From the NCBI GenBank assembly GCA_028826165.1, contig JAPDFW010000124.1:62001-126000 (forward strand): a stretch of 64,000 bases of DNA, given 5' to 3'. Numbering within the stretch: position 1 is the stretch's first letter; each line of letters starts with the position of its first letter. The DNA is from Anaeramoeba ignava BMAN. Its lineage: Eukaryota; Protista; Anaeramoebae. A program made the translations under genes and the position numbers. The notes beneath the pieces were generated by a model, which made no database searches, was not told the DNA's origin, and saw only the letters and a program-made list of their open reading frames with translations. This document shows, one piece after another, positions 1-12,066 of this stretch.

Positions 1-882
1 TTCAAATGTGGAATTTTGGTGAAAAAGTTGTGAAGAAAAAGTACTTTTTTTATGAAATTTTGGATTAAAAAAATCCCATTTTTGAAAATTTGGTTCAGAA
101 ACTCTTGGAAAATCTTGGAATAGATGGATTTTTTGGTGGAAATTTTCTATAAATTTATTATCAAAATGTGAGAAATGATCTGTAAAAAATTTCAATTTTT
201 GTTGATTTTTGTTTGGAAATAAATTTGGTAAATATCTGTGAAGTTGTATAAATTTTCCAATCGAGATTTTTTTAGGTTTAATTTTATTAACCAATTTCTG
301 TATTTGTAAGGTTTTTTTGACAGAATTTTTTATATTTTGTGTCAATAAATATTCCCAATCATTTGATCTTCCCAAATACATTTTCAAAAAATCTGATTTA
401 ATATTCATTTCTAGTTCTTTATCTTGAATCAATGATTTGAAAAATTGTTCAATAGAAAAATTTAATTTGTTGCTTTTGATTAATGGAAAAATATATTTAA
501 TAAATGAAGTTATTCCTTCCCAAAAAGCATTTTCCTTTTTTTGTTGAGAATCATTTTGAAAATTTTCATGTAATTCAAATTTATGTATTGCTTTAATAAA
601 ATTGAGAAAAATTGGAATTGGTTTTTGAATTTCTTCTGGATTTTGAATAAAAAAATAAAAGGAATTTTCTTTTTCAATTTTTTCTTCTTTCTCAAAAATT
701 CCAGAAATTTTAAGTGTTTGTTGTTCTTTTTCAATATTTTTTTCAATATTTTTTTCAAATGAAGCAAAATAAATTTCATGATATTTTCTGGATCTTTTTA
801 TTCTATTATTTGGAATTAGTTGGAAAAACAAATAATTTGAATTATTTTGTTTTTTGTTTGGAAAAATATAAATTTGAAGCAT
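1..882 (-). CDS. Uncharacterised protein, 3' end runs off the window
   Basis: Manual translation from ATG at 882 (MLQIYIFPNKKQNNSNYLFFQLIP...) stays open for 294 codons to position 1. It is missing from the ORF track because no stop lies in the window. A TCATT motif lies just upstream. No family recognised. Confidence 0.75.
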   Translation of the reverse strand, partial: MLQIYIFPNKKQNNSNYLFFQLIPNNRIKRSRKYHEIYFASFEKNIEKNIEKEQQTLKISGIFEKEEKIEKENSFYFFIQNPEEIQKPIPIFLNFIKAIHKFELHENFQNDSQQKKENAFWEGITSFIKYIFPLIKSNKLNFSIEQFFKSLIQDKELEMNIKSDFLKMYLGRSNDWEYLLTQNIKNSVKKTLQIQKLVNKIKPKKISIGKFIQLHRYLPNLFPNKNQQKLKFFTDHFSHFDNKFIENFHQKIHLFQDFPRVSEPNFQKWDFFNPKFHKKSTFSSQLFHQNSTFE

Positions 883-964
883 ATTATTTGTTTTTTTAAA
901 AAAAAAAGAGGAAAAAAAATGAAAAAAAAATTTAAAAAAAAATTTTTTTTTGTTTTTTTTTTTT

Positions 965-3900
965 TTAAGCGAAAAAAGTTTCTAAAATTGAAAATGTTTT
1001 TTGATAAATTTCTTCATTTGGATGAGTTTGAAGTTGTTCAATTTTTTCAATTAAATTTGCTTCTTCCATTCTTTCTATCATTGGTGAATTTTTAACTGAA
1101 TTTTCTTTTTTCAAAATTTCTTCAATTAAATTTAAAATTGTAAGAATACTTTCTGTATTATCAATTTCAATTAAAGAAGTTATTTTTTTGAAGAAGTTTG
1201 TTGAGAAAATTTCACTAAAAATACAAATATAAATTTTAATTTCAAAATGAATTTTTTATCCGATTTTGAAATTTTAAAATAAATTTTGAAATAAATATTA
1301 ATTTTAATTTTAATTTTAATTTCAATATTAATATTAATTTTTAATTTTAATTTTAATTTTAATTTTAATTTTTAATTTTAATTTTAATTTTGATTTTAAT
1401 TTTAATTTTAATTTTAATTTTAATTTTAATTTTAATTTTAATTTTAATTTTAATTTTAATATTAATTTTAATTTCAATATTAAAATAAATTTTAAAATAA
1501 ATTTTAATTTTAATTTTAATTTTTGTGATAAAAACCTCATTTGATTTGAATTTGCATTCTTTATCATTTTAATTAAAAATGAAAATATTAAAATTCTAAT
1601 TTCATTTGAAGAATCCATTTCTAATTCTAATAAATTTATTAAAATTTTCCCATCAAGATATTTTTGAATAGAATTTTCATTTAAAGAAGAATTTGAGAGA
1701 ATTTTAATAATTCCTTCAGTTGCTTTTCTTCTTTTCCAAACTAGAATATTCTTAAATGGTTCTAAATTCTTTAATTCCATAATTTCATCTGAAATTCCTT
1801 CATCCATTGAAAAAATTATTGAAATTTGATTCAAACAAATAATTATAATTTCATATCCAATTTTTTCTCTTGGATTTACATCAATTTTTTGTTGTAATTT
1901 TCTAAAAAAACAATTTTAATTTTAATTTTAATTTTAATTTTAATTTTAATTTTAATTTTAATTTTAATTTTAATTTTAATTTTAATTTTAATTTTAATTT
2001 TAATTTTAATTTTAATTTTAATTTTAATTTTAATTTTAATTTTAATTTTAATTTTAATTTTAATTTTGATTTTAATTTTAATTTTAATTTTAATTTTAAT
2101 TTTAAATTTTTATTAAATTTTATTTTTAATTTTAATTTTAATTTTAAATTTTAATTTTAATTTTAATTTTAATTTTAAATTTTAAATTTTAATTTTAATT
2201 TTAATTTTAATTTTAATTTTAATTTTAATTTTAATTTTAAATTTTAATTTTAATTTTGATTTTAATTTTAATTTTAATTTTAATTTTAATTTTAATTTTA
2301 ATTTTAATTTTAAATTTTAATTTTTAATTTTAATTTTAATTTCTGAATTAAAATTTTTTTTTCATTTTAATTTTAATTTTAATTTTAATTTTAAATTTTA
2401 ATTTTAAATTTTAATTTTAATTTAAATTTTATTTTTAATTTTATTTTTAATTTTATTTTTAATATTAATTTTAATTTAGATTTTAATTTTATTTTTAATT
2501 TTAATTTTAATTTTAATTTTAATTTTAATTTTAATTTTAATTTTAATTTCTATCTAAATACGTGATAATATTCATTAATTTCAAATGTAAACCAGATTTC
2601 TGAATTAAATCTTTGTTCATATTTTCATTTCTAATTAAATCCAAAAGACACCAAAGAATATCTCTTTTTAATTCTTTATAATTTTGCTTTAAATTATTAA
2701 CTAATAAAGATAAAATTTGAGAAGCTTGATCTGAATTAACAAGAGATTTCCCACGAATTAAACTAGAAGTTAACAAAACAAATGTATGAAATTCTAAAGA
2801 ATGTGGTTTTATAGTTGGAAAAATTTCTAATAAAGTTTTAAGCACTTCTTGTTTTGATGAATGTCTTTGAAAATCAATATAAATATTATTAAGTGCTAAA
2901 GAACACTTTAAATTTTGATTTTGATTTTGATTTTAATTTTAATTTTAATTTTAAATTTTAATTTTAATTTTAATTTTAATTTTGATTTTAATTTTGATTT
3001 TAATTTTAATTTTAATTTTGATTTTGATTTTAATTTTAATTTTGATTTTGATTTTAATTTTAATTTAAATTTTAATAATAATTTTAATTTTTGATTTTGA
3101 TTTTAATTTTGATTTTTGATTTTAATTTTAATTTTAATTTTAATTTTAATTTTAATTTTAATTTTAATTTTAATTTTAATTTTAATTTTAATTTTGATTT
3201 AAATTTTAATTTTAAATTTTAATTTTAATTTTTGATTTTTTACAAGTTTTCTAATTTTTTTATTTGGTGATTTTAGATATTTTATTAATAAATTTTCAAT
3301 ATTATTATCAATTAAATATTGTGTTTGTTGAATTGTTCCACTTGAAATATTGCAAATAATCCACACAATTTCAAACTAAAAAAAGTAAAAAAAAAAGGAA
3401 AAGAATTTTAATTATTAATTTAAATTTTGATTTTTATTTTTAATTTTAATTTTAATTTTAATTTTAATTTTAATTTTAATTTTAATTTTAATTTTAATTT
3501 TAATTTTAATTTTAATTTTAATTTTAATTTTAATTTTAATTTTAATTTTAATTTTAATTTTAATTTTAATTTTAATTTTAATTTTAATTTTAATTTTAAT
3601 TTTAATTTTAATTTTGATTTTAATTTGAATTTTAATTATTAATTTAAATTTTGATTTTTATTTTTAATTTTAATTTTAATTTTAATTTTGATTTTAATTT
3701 TAATTTTAATTTTAATTTTAATTTTAATTTTAATTTTAAAAATCAATTCCACAAACTTGTATATCTTCGTTTGAATTATCGATTATAGTTATTAATTCTT
3801 TTATTATTCCAGTTTGAATAACTTGTTCAAATGGTGGATTTTCTGGAATAGAAAGAAGTTTTCTAATTTTTCCAAGATTTTCAAGCCTTTTCTTTAAATC

Positions 3901-4271
3901 TGTTCCAAAAATTAATTTTGAATAAATTGGAATCAATCGAATCTAAAATGAAGTTTAAATCAAAATGTTTTTCATTTAAGATAAAATTTTTGAAAAAGAA
4001 AATATAAATTTTTTTTTCTTTTTTTTTCTTTTACTTTTTTTTCTAATTGTTTTTGAAATTCTTCGCTTTGAAAATTTATTTTTGAAACTGTTTCTTGTTT
4101 TCCTTGTTTTTTCTTCATTCTTTTTTCAAGCATAAAATCTTCTTTTTTATTTTTACTTAAAGTTGAACCAATTTGAACTCTTTTATCTTTAACTGCATCA
4201 AAATCAATTGTTTTTTTAAATTTTTGTTTTCTAAGTTCTAGTTTTTTTTTATAATCATTTTGTTGATTCAT
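965..4271 (-). CDS. KPNA: Divergent importin-alpha (karyopherin alpha), 6 exons, ~504 aa
   Basis: Exons 4271-4035, 3942-3757, 3375-3244, 2905-2562, 1901-1536, 1214-965 join in frame via GT-AG introns. Motifs: basic IBB-like N-terminus, RKLLSIPENPPFEQVIQTG, QFEIVWIICNISSGT, C-terminal IEKIEQLQTHPNEEIYQKTFSILETFF. Confidence 0.9.
1300..3740. repeat. (TTTTAA)n hexamer microsatellites filling importin-alpha introns 2-5
   Basis: Near-pure TTTTAA runs with TTTTGA variants at ~1300-1520, 1915-2545, 2910-3240 and 3420-3740. Confidence 0.97.
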
Positions 4272-4339
4272 TTTTATTGAAAGAAAAAAAGAAAAAAATG
4301 AAAAAATGAAAAAAAAAATTTTTAATTTTAATTTTAATT

Positions 4340-6117
4340 TTAATTTTGATTATTAAATTTTTTAATTAATAAATCAAATAAATTTGGATTTGTTTGATTT
4401 AATTGAAAATAATCAATCCCAATTTGAATTTCATTAATGATTTCTTGTGTAATTTTGAATATCATCTTTGATTTGATTTGAATAAATCCAATATTCAAAT
4501 ATTTGAAATGATTTATTACTTAATTCACTATAATCTGTAACTTTATTAGATTTATCTTCTGTTACAGATAAAAACATTCCTCGATATAATTCACTTCTCA
4601 TTATTAATATCAATTTAGGAAATTTATATTGTTTTTCTTTTCTTTCAATAATAAAATCTTTTTCATTTTCATTTAAATAAATTCTTTTCATTGTTTCTTC
4701 AATTTTTTCATTTGAATTTATAATTTCTTTAATTTCAGAATATAATTTTGGATTTATTTTGGAATTGTTTGAATAAATCATTTCAAATATTTGATTTGAT
4801 TCTTTAATTGATTTTTTTGAAATAATTTCTTGAAGTTTTTCAATTTCATTTTGATTTTAATCTGTATTTCAATATTAATTTATGAGCTTCAATTATTTCT
4901 CCATTTTCGGTTTTAAATGAAATATTGCAAAATTCTTTTCTTTCAAATAATTTTATCAAATCTTCTTCAAGATTGGAAAAAGAAGGAAGAGAATAATAAA
5001 GAAACGAATTGAAATTTCCACAATAAACATGATAATTAGAAATATCTTCATTAAATCTTAATTTAGGAAGTTCAATTTGAATTGGAATTGATTGATCATT
5101 TGTATCTCCAGTTCCTAATTGACCAAAATAATTACTTCCAAATCCTATTAATTTTGGATTTGAAGTTAAAATCAAAGTATGCCCATTTCCACAAGAAAAA
5201 TCAAGAATAATATCATCATTTTCAAATAAAGATGATTTGATTTCAGTAAATTCATAAGTATGTTGATTTTTGCCAAGTCCATTAAATTTAGAATATCCAC
5301 ATGAATAAATTTTTCTTTTTGGATTTTGATTTTCTTTTTCAATCAAAATTATTGAAAAAGAAATACCAGATTGAATATCAATTATTTTGCCTTTTGGAAT
5401 ATTTTGGATTTTGGTTAATTTATTAATTACTCTTTCTTCTTTTCTTGTTTCTCCTAATCCAAGTTGACTAAAATAATTCCAGCCGCATCCAAATAATTCT
5501 TGATTTGAATTTAAAAGAAAAACAGAATTTGAAAAGTTTCCTGAAAATATTTTAGAAACATTTTTCATCATTAAAATTGGTTTTTCTGTTTTTTTAAGTT
5601 TTTCAGAATCAAATCCAAGTTGACCATATTTATTTGAACCAATTCCATAAGCATTTTGATTTGAAGTTAATAAGTAAATTGAATCAACACCAGAAACAAT
5701 ATCTTGAATTATTCTATCATTTGTATCTTCAATTAATGATGAAATATTGATAAATTCATTTGGATTTTTTGGATTAATATCTCTTCCTTTGGCAAATACA
5801 TTTCCTTCTATTGTTAAAATAGCTTCATTTTCAAAACCAACAGTTACTTTTTGAATATTTTCTTCAATTTGGATTTTTTCAATTTTTTGTTTTGAATCTT
5901 CTTCATTTAAATATTCTATTGCTTTTCCATTTTTAAAAAGGAAAATTATTGAATAATCTGTTGATGAAATTTGTTTAATTTGTTTTTCATTTTCATTTTC
6001 ATTTTCATTTTCATTTTCATTTTCAAATTTAAATTGAATTGGTTTTGTTATTTCATTTGGTTTATTTTTGAAAAGTTTTGGATATAGATTTTGACCAAAA
6101 AATATAATATCATTCAT
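4340..6117 (-). CDS. RCC1-repeat + tandem BTB protein, copy D (two +1 frameshifts, probably assembly errors; otherwise a pseudogene)
   Basis: ORFs 4846-6117 and 4434-4781 are colinear with intact copy C. Removing extra A's at ~4856 and ~4453 restores ~591 aa ending KKFNNQN*. RCC1 GxNxxGQLG blades and BTB HKLIL motifs present. Confidence 0.85.
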
Positions 6118-6272
6118 TTTTGAAAAGAAAAAAATGAAAAAAATAATTTTGGAATTTTAATTTTAATTTTAATTTTAATTTTAATTTTGATTTTGATTTT
6201 TGATTTTGATTTTAAATTTTAAATTTGATTTTGATTTTAATTTTAATTTTAATTTTATTTATTATTTCTTAA

Positions 6273-8081
6273 TTAAAAAATTAAACATTTTTCTTTTTTG
6301 TTCTTTAAATTTTGATTATTAAATTTATTAATTAATAAATCAAATAAATTTGGATTTGTTTGATTTAATTGAAAATAATCAATTCCAATTTTAAGTTCAT
6401 TAATTATTTCTTGTGTAATTTGAATTTCATCTTTAATTTGATTTGAATAAATCCAATATTCAAATATTTGAAATGATTTATTACTTAATTCACTATAATC
6501 TGTAACTTTATTAGAAGTATCTTTTGTTACAGATAAAAACATTACTCGATATAATTCACTTCTCATTATTAATATTAATTTTGGAAATTTATATTGTTTT
6601 TCTTTTCTTTCAATTATAAAATCTTTTTCATTTTCATTTTCATTTTCATTTAAATAAATTCTTTTCATTGTTTCTTCAATTTTTTCATTTGAATTTATAA
6701 TTTCTTTAATTTCAGAATATAATATTGGATTTATTTTGGAATTATTTGAATAAATCATTTCAAATATTTGATTTGATTCTTTAATTGATTTTTTTGAAAT
6801 AATTTCTTGAAGTTTTTCAATTTGATTTTGTTTTAATCTGTATTTCAATATTAATTTATGAGCTTCAATTATTTCTCCATTTTCGGTTTTAAATGAAATA
6901 TTGCAAAATTCTTTTCTTTCAAATAATTTTATCAAATCTTCTTCAATATTGGAAAAAGAAGGAGGAGAATAATAAAGAAACGAATTAAAATTTCCACAAT
7001 AAACATGATAATTAGAAATATCTTCATTAAATCTTAATTTAGGAAGTTCAATTTGAATTGGAATTGATTGATCTTTTGTATCTCCAGTTCCTAATTGACC
7101 ATATTCATTATATCCAAATCCTATCAACTTATTATTTGAAGTTAAAATCAAAGTATGAACATTTCCAACAGAAAAATCAAGAATATTATCATTTTCAAAT
7201 AAAGATGATTTGATTTCAGTAAATTCACAAGTATTTTGATCTTTGCCAAGTCCATTAAATTTAGAATATCCACATGAATAAATTTTTCTTTTTGGATTTT
7301 GATTTTCAATCAACATTATTGAAAAAGAAATACCACATTGAATATCAATTATTTTGCCTTTTGGAATATTTTGGATTTTGGTTAATTTATTAATTACTCT
7401 TTCTTTTCTTGATTCTCCTAATCCAAGTTGACTAAAATAATTCCAGCCGCATCCAAATAATTCTTGATTTAAATTTAAAAGAAAAATATGTTTTGAAGAA
7501 ATTCCTGAAAATATTTTAGAAATATTTTTCATCATTAAAATTGGTTTTTGTGTTTTTTGAAGTGTTTCAGAATCAAAACCAAGTTGACCCCAATAATTTG
7601 AACCAATTCCATAAACATTTTGATTTGAAGTTAATAAGTAAATTGAATCAACACCAGAAACAATATCTTGAATTATTCTATCATTTGTATCTTCAATTAA
7701 TGATGAAATATTGATAAATTCATTTGGATTTTTTGGGTTAACATCATTTCCTTTGGTAAATACATTTCCTTCTTTTGTTAAAATAGCTTCATTTTCAAAA
7801 CCAACAGTTACTTTTTGAATATTTTCTTCAATTTGGATTTTTTCAATTTTTTGTTTTGAATCTTCTTCATTTAAATATTCTATTGCTTTTCCATTTTTAA
7901 AAAGGAAAATTGTTGAATAATCTGTTGATGAAATTTGTTTAATTTGTTTTTCATTTTCATTTTCATTTTCATTTTCATTTTCATTTTCAAATTTAAATTG
8001 AATTGGTTTTGTTATTTCATTTGGTTTATTTTTGAAAAGTTTTGGATATAGATTTTGACCAAAAAATATAATTTCATTCAT
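6273..8081 (-). CDS. RCC1-repeat + tandem BTB protein, copy C (602 aa, C-terminal CaaX CLIF)
   Basis: Intact intronless ORF with RCC1 blades (GSNYWGQLG, GYNEYGQLGTGD), two BTB-like domains (EAHKLILKYR; KLILIMRSELY) and ending KNKKEKCLIF. Confidence 0.93.
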   Translation of the reverse strand: MNEIIFFGQNLYPKLFKNKPNEITKPIQFKFENENENENENENEKQIKQISSTDYSTIFLFKNGKAIEYLNEEDSKQKIEKIQIEENIQKVTVGFENEAILTKEGNVFTKGNDVNPKNPNEFINISSLIEDTNDRIIQDIVSGVDSIYLLTSNQNVYGIGSNYWGQLGFDSETLQKTQKPILMMKNISKIFSGISSKHIFLLNLNQELFGCGWNYFSQLGLGESRKERVINKLTKIQNIPKGKIIDIQCGISFSIMLIENQNPKRKIYSCGYSKFNGLGKDQNTCEFTEIKSSLFENDNILDFSVGNVHTLILTSNNKLIGFGYNEYGQLGTGDTKDQSIPIQIELPKLRFNEDISNYHVYCGNFNSFLYYSPPSFSNIEEDLIKLFERKEFCNISFKTENGEIIEAHKLILKYRLKQNQIEKLQEIISKKSIKESNQIFEMIYSNNSKINPILYSEIKEIINSNEKIEETMKRIYLNENENENEKDFIIERKEKQYKFPKLILIMRSELYRVMFLSVTKDTSNKVTDYSELSNKSFQIFEYWIYSNQIKDEIQITQEIINELKIGIDYFQLNQTNPNLFDLLINKFNNQNLKNKKEKCLIF

Positions 8082-8237
8082 TTTTGAAAAAGAAAAAAAT
8101 GAAAAAAATAATTTTGGAATTTTAATTTTAATTTTAATTTTAAATATTAATTTAAATTTAAATTTTAATTTTAATTTTAAATTTTAAATTTGATTTTGAT
8201 TTTAATTTTAATTTTAATTTTATTTATTATTTCTTAA

Positions 8238-10042
8238 TTAAAAAATTAAACATTTTTCTTTTTTGTTCTTTAAATTTTGATTATTAAATTTATTAATTAA
8301 TAAATCAAATAAATTTGGATATGTTTGATTTAATTGAAAATAATCAATTCCAATTTGAATTTCATCAATTATTTCTTGTGTAATTTGAATTTCATCTTTA
8401 ATTTGATTTGAATAAATCCAATATTCAAATATTTGAAATGATTTATTACTTAATTCACTATAATCTGTAACTTTATTTGATTTATCTTCTGTTACAGATA
8501 AAAACATTCCTCGATATAATTCACTTCTCATTATTAATATTAATTTTGGAAATTTATATTGTTTTTCTTTTCTTTCAATTATAAAATCTTTTTCATTTTC
8601 ATTTTCATTTTCATTTAAATAAATTCTTTTCATTGTTTCTTCAATTTTTTCATTTGAATTTATAATTTCTTTAATTTCAGAATATAATTTTGGATTTATT
8701 ATTCTGTTTGAATAAATCATTTCAAATATTTGATTTGATTCTTTAATTGATTTTTTTGAAATAATTTCTTGAAGTTTTTCAATTTGATTTTGATTTAATC
8801 TGTATTTCAATATTAATTTATGAGCTTCAATTATTTCTCCATTTTCTGTTTTAAATGAAATATTGCAAAATTCTTTTCTTCCAAATAGTTTTATCAAATC
8901 TTCTTCAAGATTGGAAAAAGAAGGAGGAGAATAATAAAGAAATGAATGCAAATATCCACAAGAAATATGATAATTGGAAATATCTTCATTAAATCTTAAT
9001 TTAGGAAGTTCAATTTGAATTGGAATTGATTGAGATTTTGTATCTCCAGTTCCTAATTGACCAAAATAATTACTTCCAAATCCTATTAATCTTGAATTGG
9101 AAGTTAAAATTAAAGTATGATCACATCCAACAGAAAAATCAAGAATAATATCATTTTCAAATAAAGATGATTTGATTTCAGTAAATTCATTTGTATTTTG
9201 ATCTTTGCCAAGTCCATTAAATTCATAATTTCCACATGAATAAAGTTTTCTTTTTGGATTTTGATTTTGATTTTCATTTTCAATCAACATTATTGAATGA
9301 TAATTTCCAGTTTGAATATCAATTATTTTACCTTTTGGAATATTTTGGATTTTGGTTAATTTTTGGATTTTTATTTCTTTTCTTGATTCTCCTAATCCAA
9401 CTTGGCCATAATAATTATATCCGCATCCAAATAATTCTTGATTTGAATTTAAAAGAAAAATATGAAATGAAGTATTTCCTGAAAATATTTTAGAAATATT
9501 TTTCATCATTAAATTTGGTTTTTCTGTTTTTTGAAGTGTTTCAGAATCAAAACCAAGTTGACCAAATTCATTTGAACCAATTCCATAAGCATTTTGATTT
9601 GAAGTTAATAAATAAATTGAATCAACACCAGAAACAATATCTTGAATTATTCTATCATTTGTATCTTCAATTAATGATGAAATATTGATAAATTCATTTG
9701 GTTTTTTGGATTAATATAATATCCTTTGGCAAATACATTTCCTTCTTTTGTTAAAATAGCTTCATTTGAATAACCAACAGATACTTTTTGAATATTTTCT
9801 TCAATTTGGATTTTTTCAGGATTTTGTTTTGAATCATTTTCATCTAAATATTCTATTGCTTTTCCATTTTTGAAAAGGAAAATTGTTCCATAAAAGCCTG
9901 TTGAAATTTGTTTAATTTGTTTTTCATTTTCATTTTCATTTTCATTTTCAAATTTAAATTGAATTGGCTTTGTTATTTTATTTGAGTCATTTTTAAAAAA
10001 GATTAAATTTTGATTTGAACCAAAAAATAAACAATCATTCAT
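8238..10042 (-). CDS. RCC1-repeat + tandem BTB protein, copy B (one -1 frameshift at ~9701; CaaX CLIF)
   Basis: ORFs 9671-10042 and 8238-9509 join if the single base missing relative to the paralogues (PKNPN codons) is restored, giving ~601 aa. Confidence 0.88.
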
Positions 10043-10177
10043 TTTTGAAAAGAAAAAAATGAAAAAAATAATTTTGGAATTTTAATTTTAATTTTGATTT
10101 TAATTTTAATTTTAATTTTAATTTTAATTTTAATTTTGATTTTAATTTTAATTTTAATTTTAATTTTAATTTTAATT

Positions 10178-11956
10178 TTAATTTTGATTTTGATTTTTAA
10201 ATTTGATAATTAATAAATCAAATAAATTTGGATTTGTTTGATTTAATTGAAAATAATCAATTCCAATTTGAATTTCATCAATAATTTCTTGTGTAATTTG
10301 AATTTCATCTTTAATTTGATTTGAATAAATCCAATATTCAAATATTTGAAATGATTTATTACTTAATTCACTATAATCTGTAACTTTATTAGATTTATCA
10401 TTTATTACAGATAAAAACATTCCTCGATATAATTCACTTCTCATTATTAATATTAATTTAGGAAATTTATATTGTTTTTCTTTTCTTTCAATAATAAAAT
10501 CTTTTTCATTTTCATTTTCATTTTCATTTAAATAAATTCTTTTCATTGTTTCTTCAATTTTTTCATTTGAATTTATAATTTCTTTAATTTCAGAATATAA
10601 TTTTGGATTTATTATTCTGTTTGAATAAATCATTTCAAATATTTGATTTGATTCTTTAATTGATTTTTTTGAAATAATTTCTTGAAGTTTTTCAATTTGA
10701 TTTTCATTTTGATTTAATCTATATTTCAATATTAATTTATGAGCTTCAATTATTTCTCCATTTTCTGTTTTAAATGAAATATTACAAAATTCTTTTCTTC
10801 TAAATAAATTGATCAAATCTTCTTCAAGATTGGAAAAAGAAGGAGGAGAATAATAAAGAAATGAATTGAAATTTCCACAAGAAAAATGATAATTGGAAAT
10901 ATCTTCATTAAATCTTAATTTAGGAAGTTCAATTTGAATTGGAATTAATTGGTTATTTGTATCTCCAGTTCCTAATTGACCATATTCATTACTTCCAAAT
11001 CCTATCATTTTTCCTTTAGAAGTTAAAATCAAAGTATGGAAATTTCCAACAGAAAATTCAAGAATATTATCATTTTCATTTTCAAATAAAGATGATTTGA
11101 TTTCAGTAAATTCATAAGTATCTTCATTTTTACCAAGTCCATTATCTTTCCAATATCCACATGAATAAAGTTTTCTTTTTGGATTTGGAGTTTGATTTTC
11201 ATCTTCAATCAACATTATTGAATGATAAATCCCACATTGAATATCAATTATTTTGCCTTTTGGAATATTTTGGATTTGGGTTAATTTATTGATTGCTCTT
11301 TCTTTTTTTCTTGATTCTCCTAATCCAAGTTCGCCAAATTGATTATCACCGCATCCAAATAATTCTTGATTTGAATTTAAAAGAAAAACAGAATTTGAAA
11401 AGTTTCCTGAAAATATTTTAGAAACATTTTTCATCATTAAAATTGGTTTTTCTGTTTTTTTAATTGTTTTAGAATCAAAACCAAGTTGACCATAATAATT
11501 TGAACCAATTCCATAAACATTATTATTTGAAGTTAATAAGTAAATTGAATTGAATCCAGAAACAATATCTTGAGTTACTCTATCATTTGTATCTTCAATT
11601 AATGATGAAATATTGATAAATTGATTTGGATTTTTTGGATTAATATCTTTTCCTTTTACAAATACATTTCCTTCTTTTGTTAAAATAGCTTCATTTGCAA
11701 AACCAACAGTTACTTTTTGAATATTTTCAATTTGGATTTTTGAAGGATTTTCAATTAAATCATATTTAGTCGTTTTGCCATCTTTAAAAAGGAAAATTAT
11801 TGAAAAAAAACCTATTGAAATTTGTTTAATTTGTTTTTCATTTTCATTTTCATTTTCATTTTCAAATTTAAATTGAATTGGATTTATTATTGAATTTTGT
11901 TTATTTTTGAAAAGTTTTGGTGATTCATTTGAACCAAAAAATATAATTTCATTCAT
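10178..11956 (-). CDS. RCC1-repeat + tandem BTB protein, copy A (592 aa, no CaaX)
   Basis: True start is ATG at 11956 (MNEIIFFGSN), matching the paralogues and following a TCATT motif. Ends KFKNQNQN*. Confidence 0.93.
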   Translation of the reverse strand: MNEIIFFGSNESPKLFKNKQNSIINPIQFKFENENENENEKQIKQISIGFFSIIFLFKDGKTTKYDLIENPSKIQIENIQKVTVGFANEAILTKEGNVFVKGKDINPKNPNQFINISSLIEDTNDRVTQDIVSGFNSIYLLTSNNNVYGIGSNYYGQLGFDSKTIKKTEKPILMMKNVSKIFSGNFSNSVFLLNSNQELFGCGDNQFGELGLGESRKKERAINKLTQIQNIPKGKIIDIQCGIYHSIMLIEDENQTPNPKRKLYSCGYWKDNGLGKNEDTYEFTEIKSSLFENENDNILEFSVGNFHTLILTSKGKMIGFGSNEYGQLGTGDTNNQLIPIQIELPKLRFNEDISNYHFSCGNFNSFLYYSPPSFSNLEEDLINLFRRKEFCNISFKTENGEIIEAHKLILKYRLNQNENQIEKLQEIISKKSIKESNQIFEMIYSNRIINPKLYSEIKEIINSNEKIEETMKRIYLNENENENEKDFIIERKEKQYKFPKLILIMRSELYRGMFLSVINDKSNKVTDYSELSNKSFQIFEYWIYSNQIKDEIQITQEIIDEIQIGIDYFQLNQTNPNLFDLLIIKFKNQNQN

Positions 11957-12066
11957 TTTCTTTTTTAAAAAGTAAAAAATGAAAAAAATGAAAAAAATAA
12001 TTTTTCTAATAAAATTTATTAAAGAAAAAAGAAAAAAAAAAACATAAAAAAATTTACTCAAATGAA

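Noticed and set aside
1915-2545. (TTTTAA)n as telomeric repeat
   Set aside because: No G-rich strand, and the arrays are internal, within introns and spacers.
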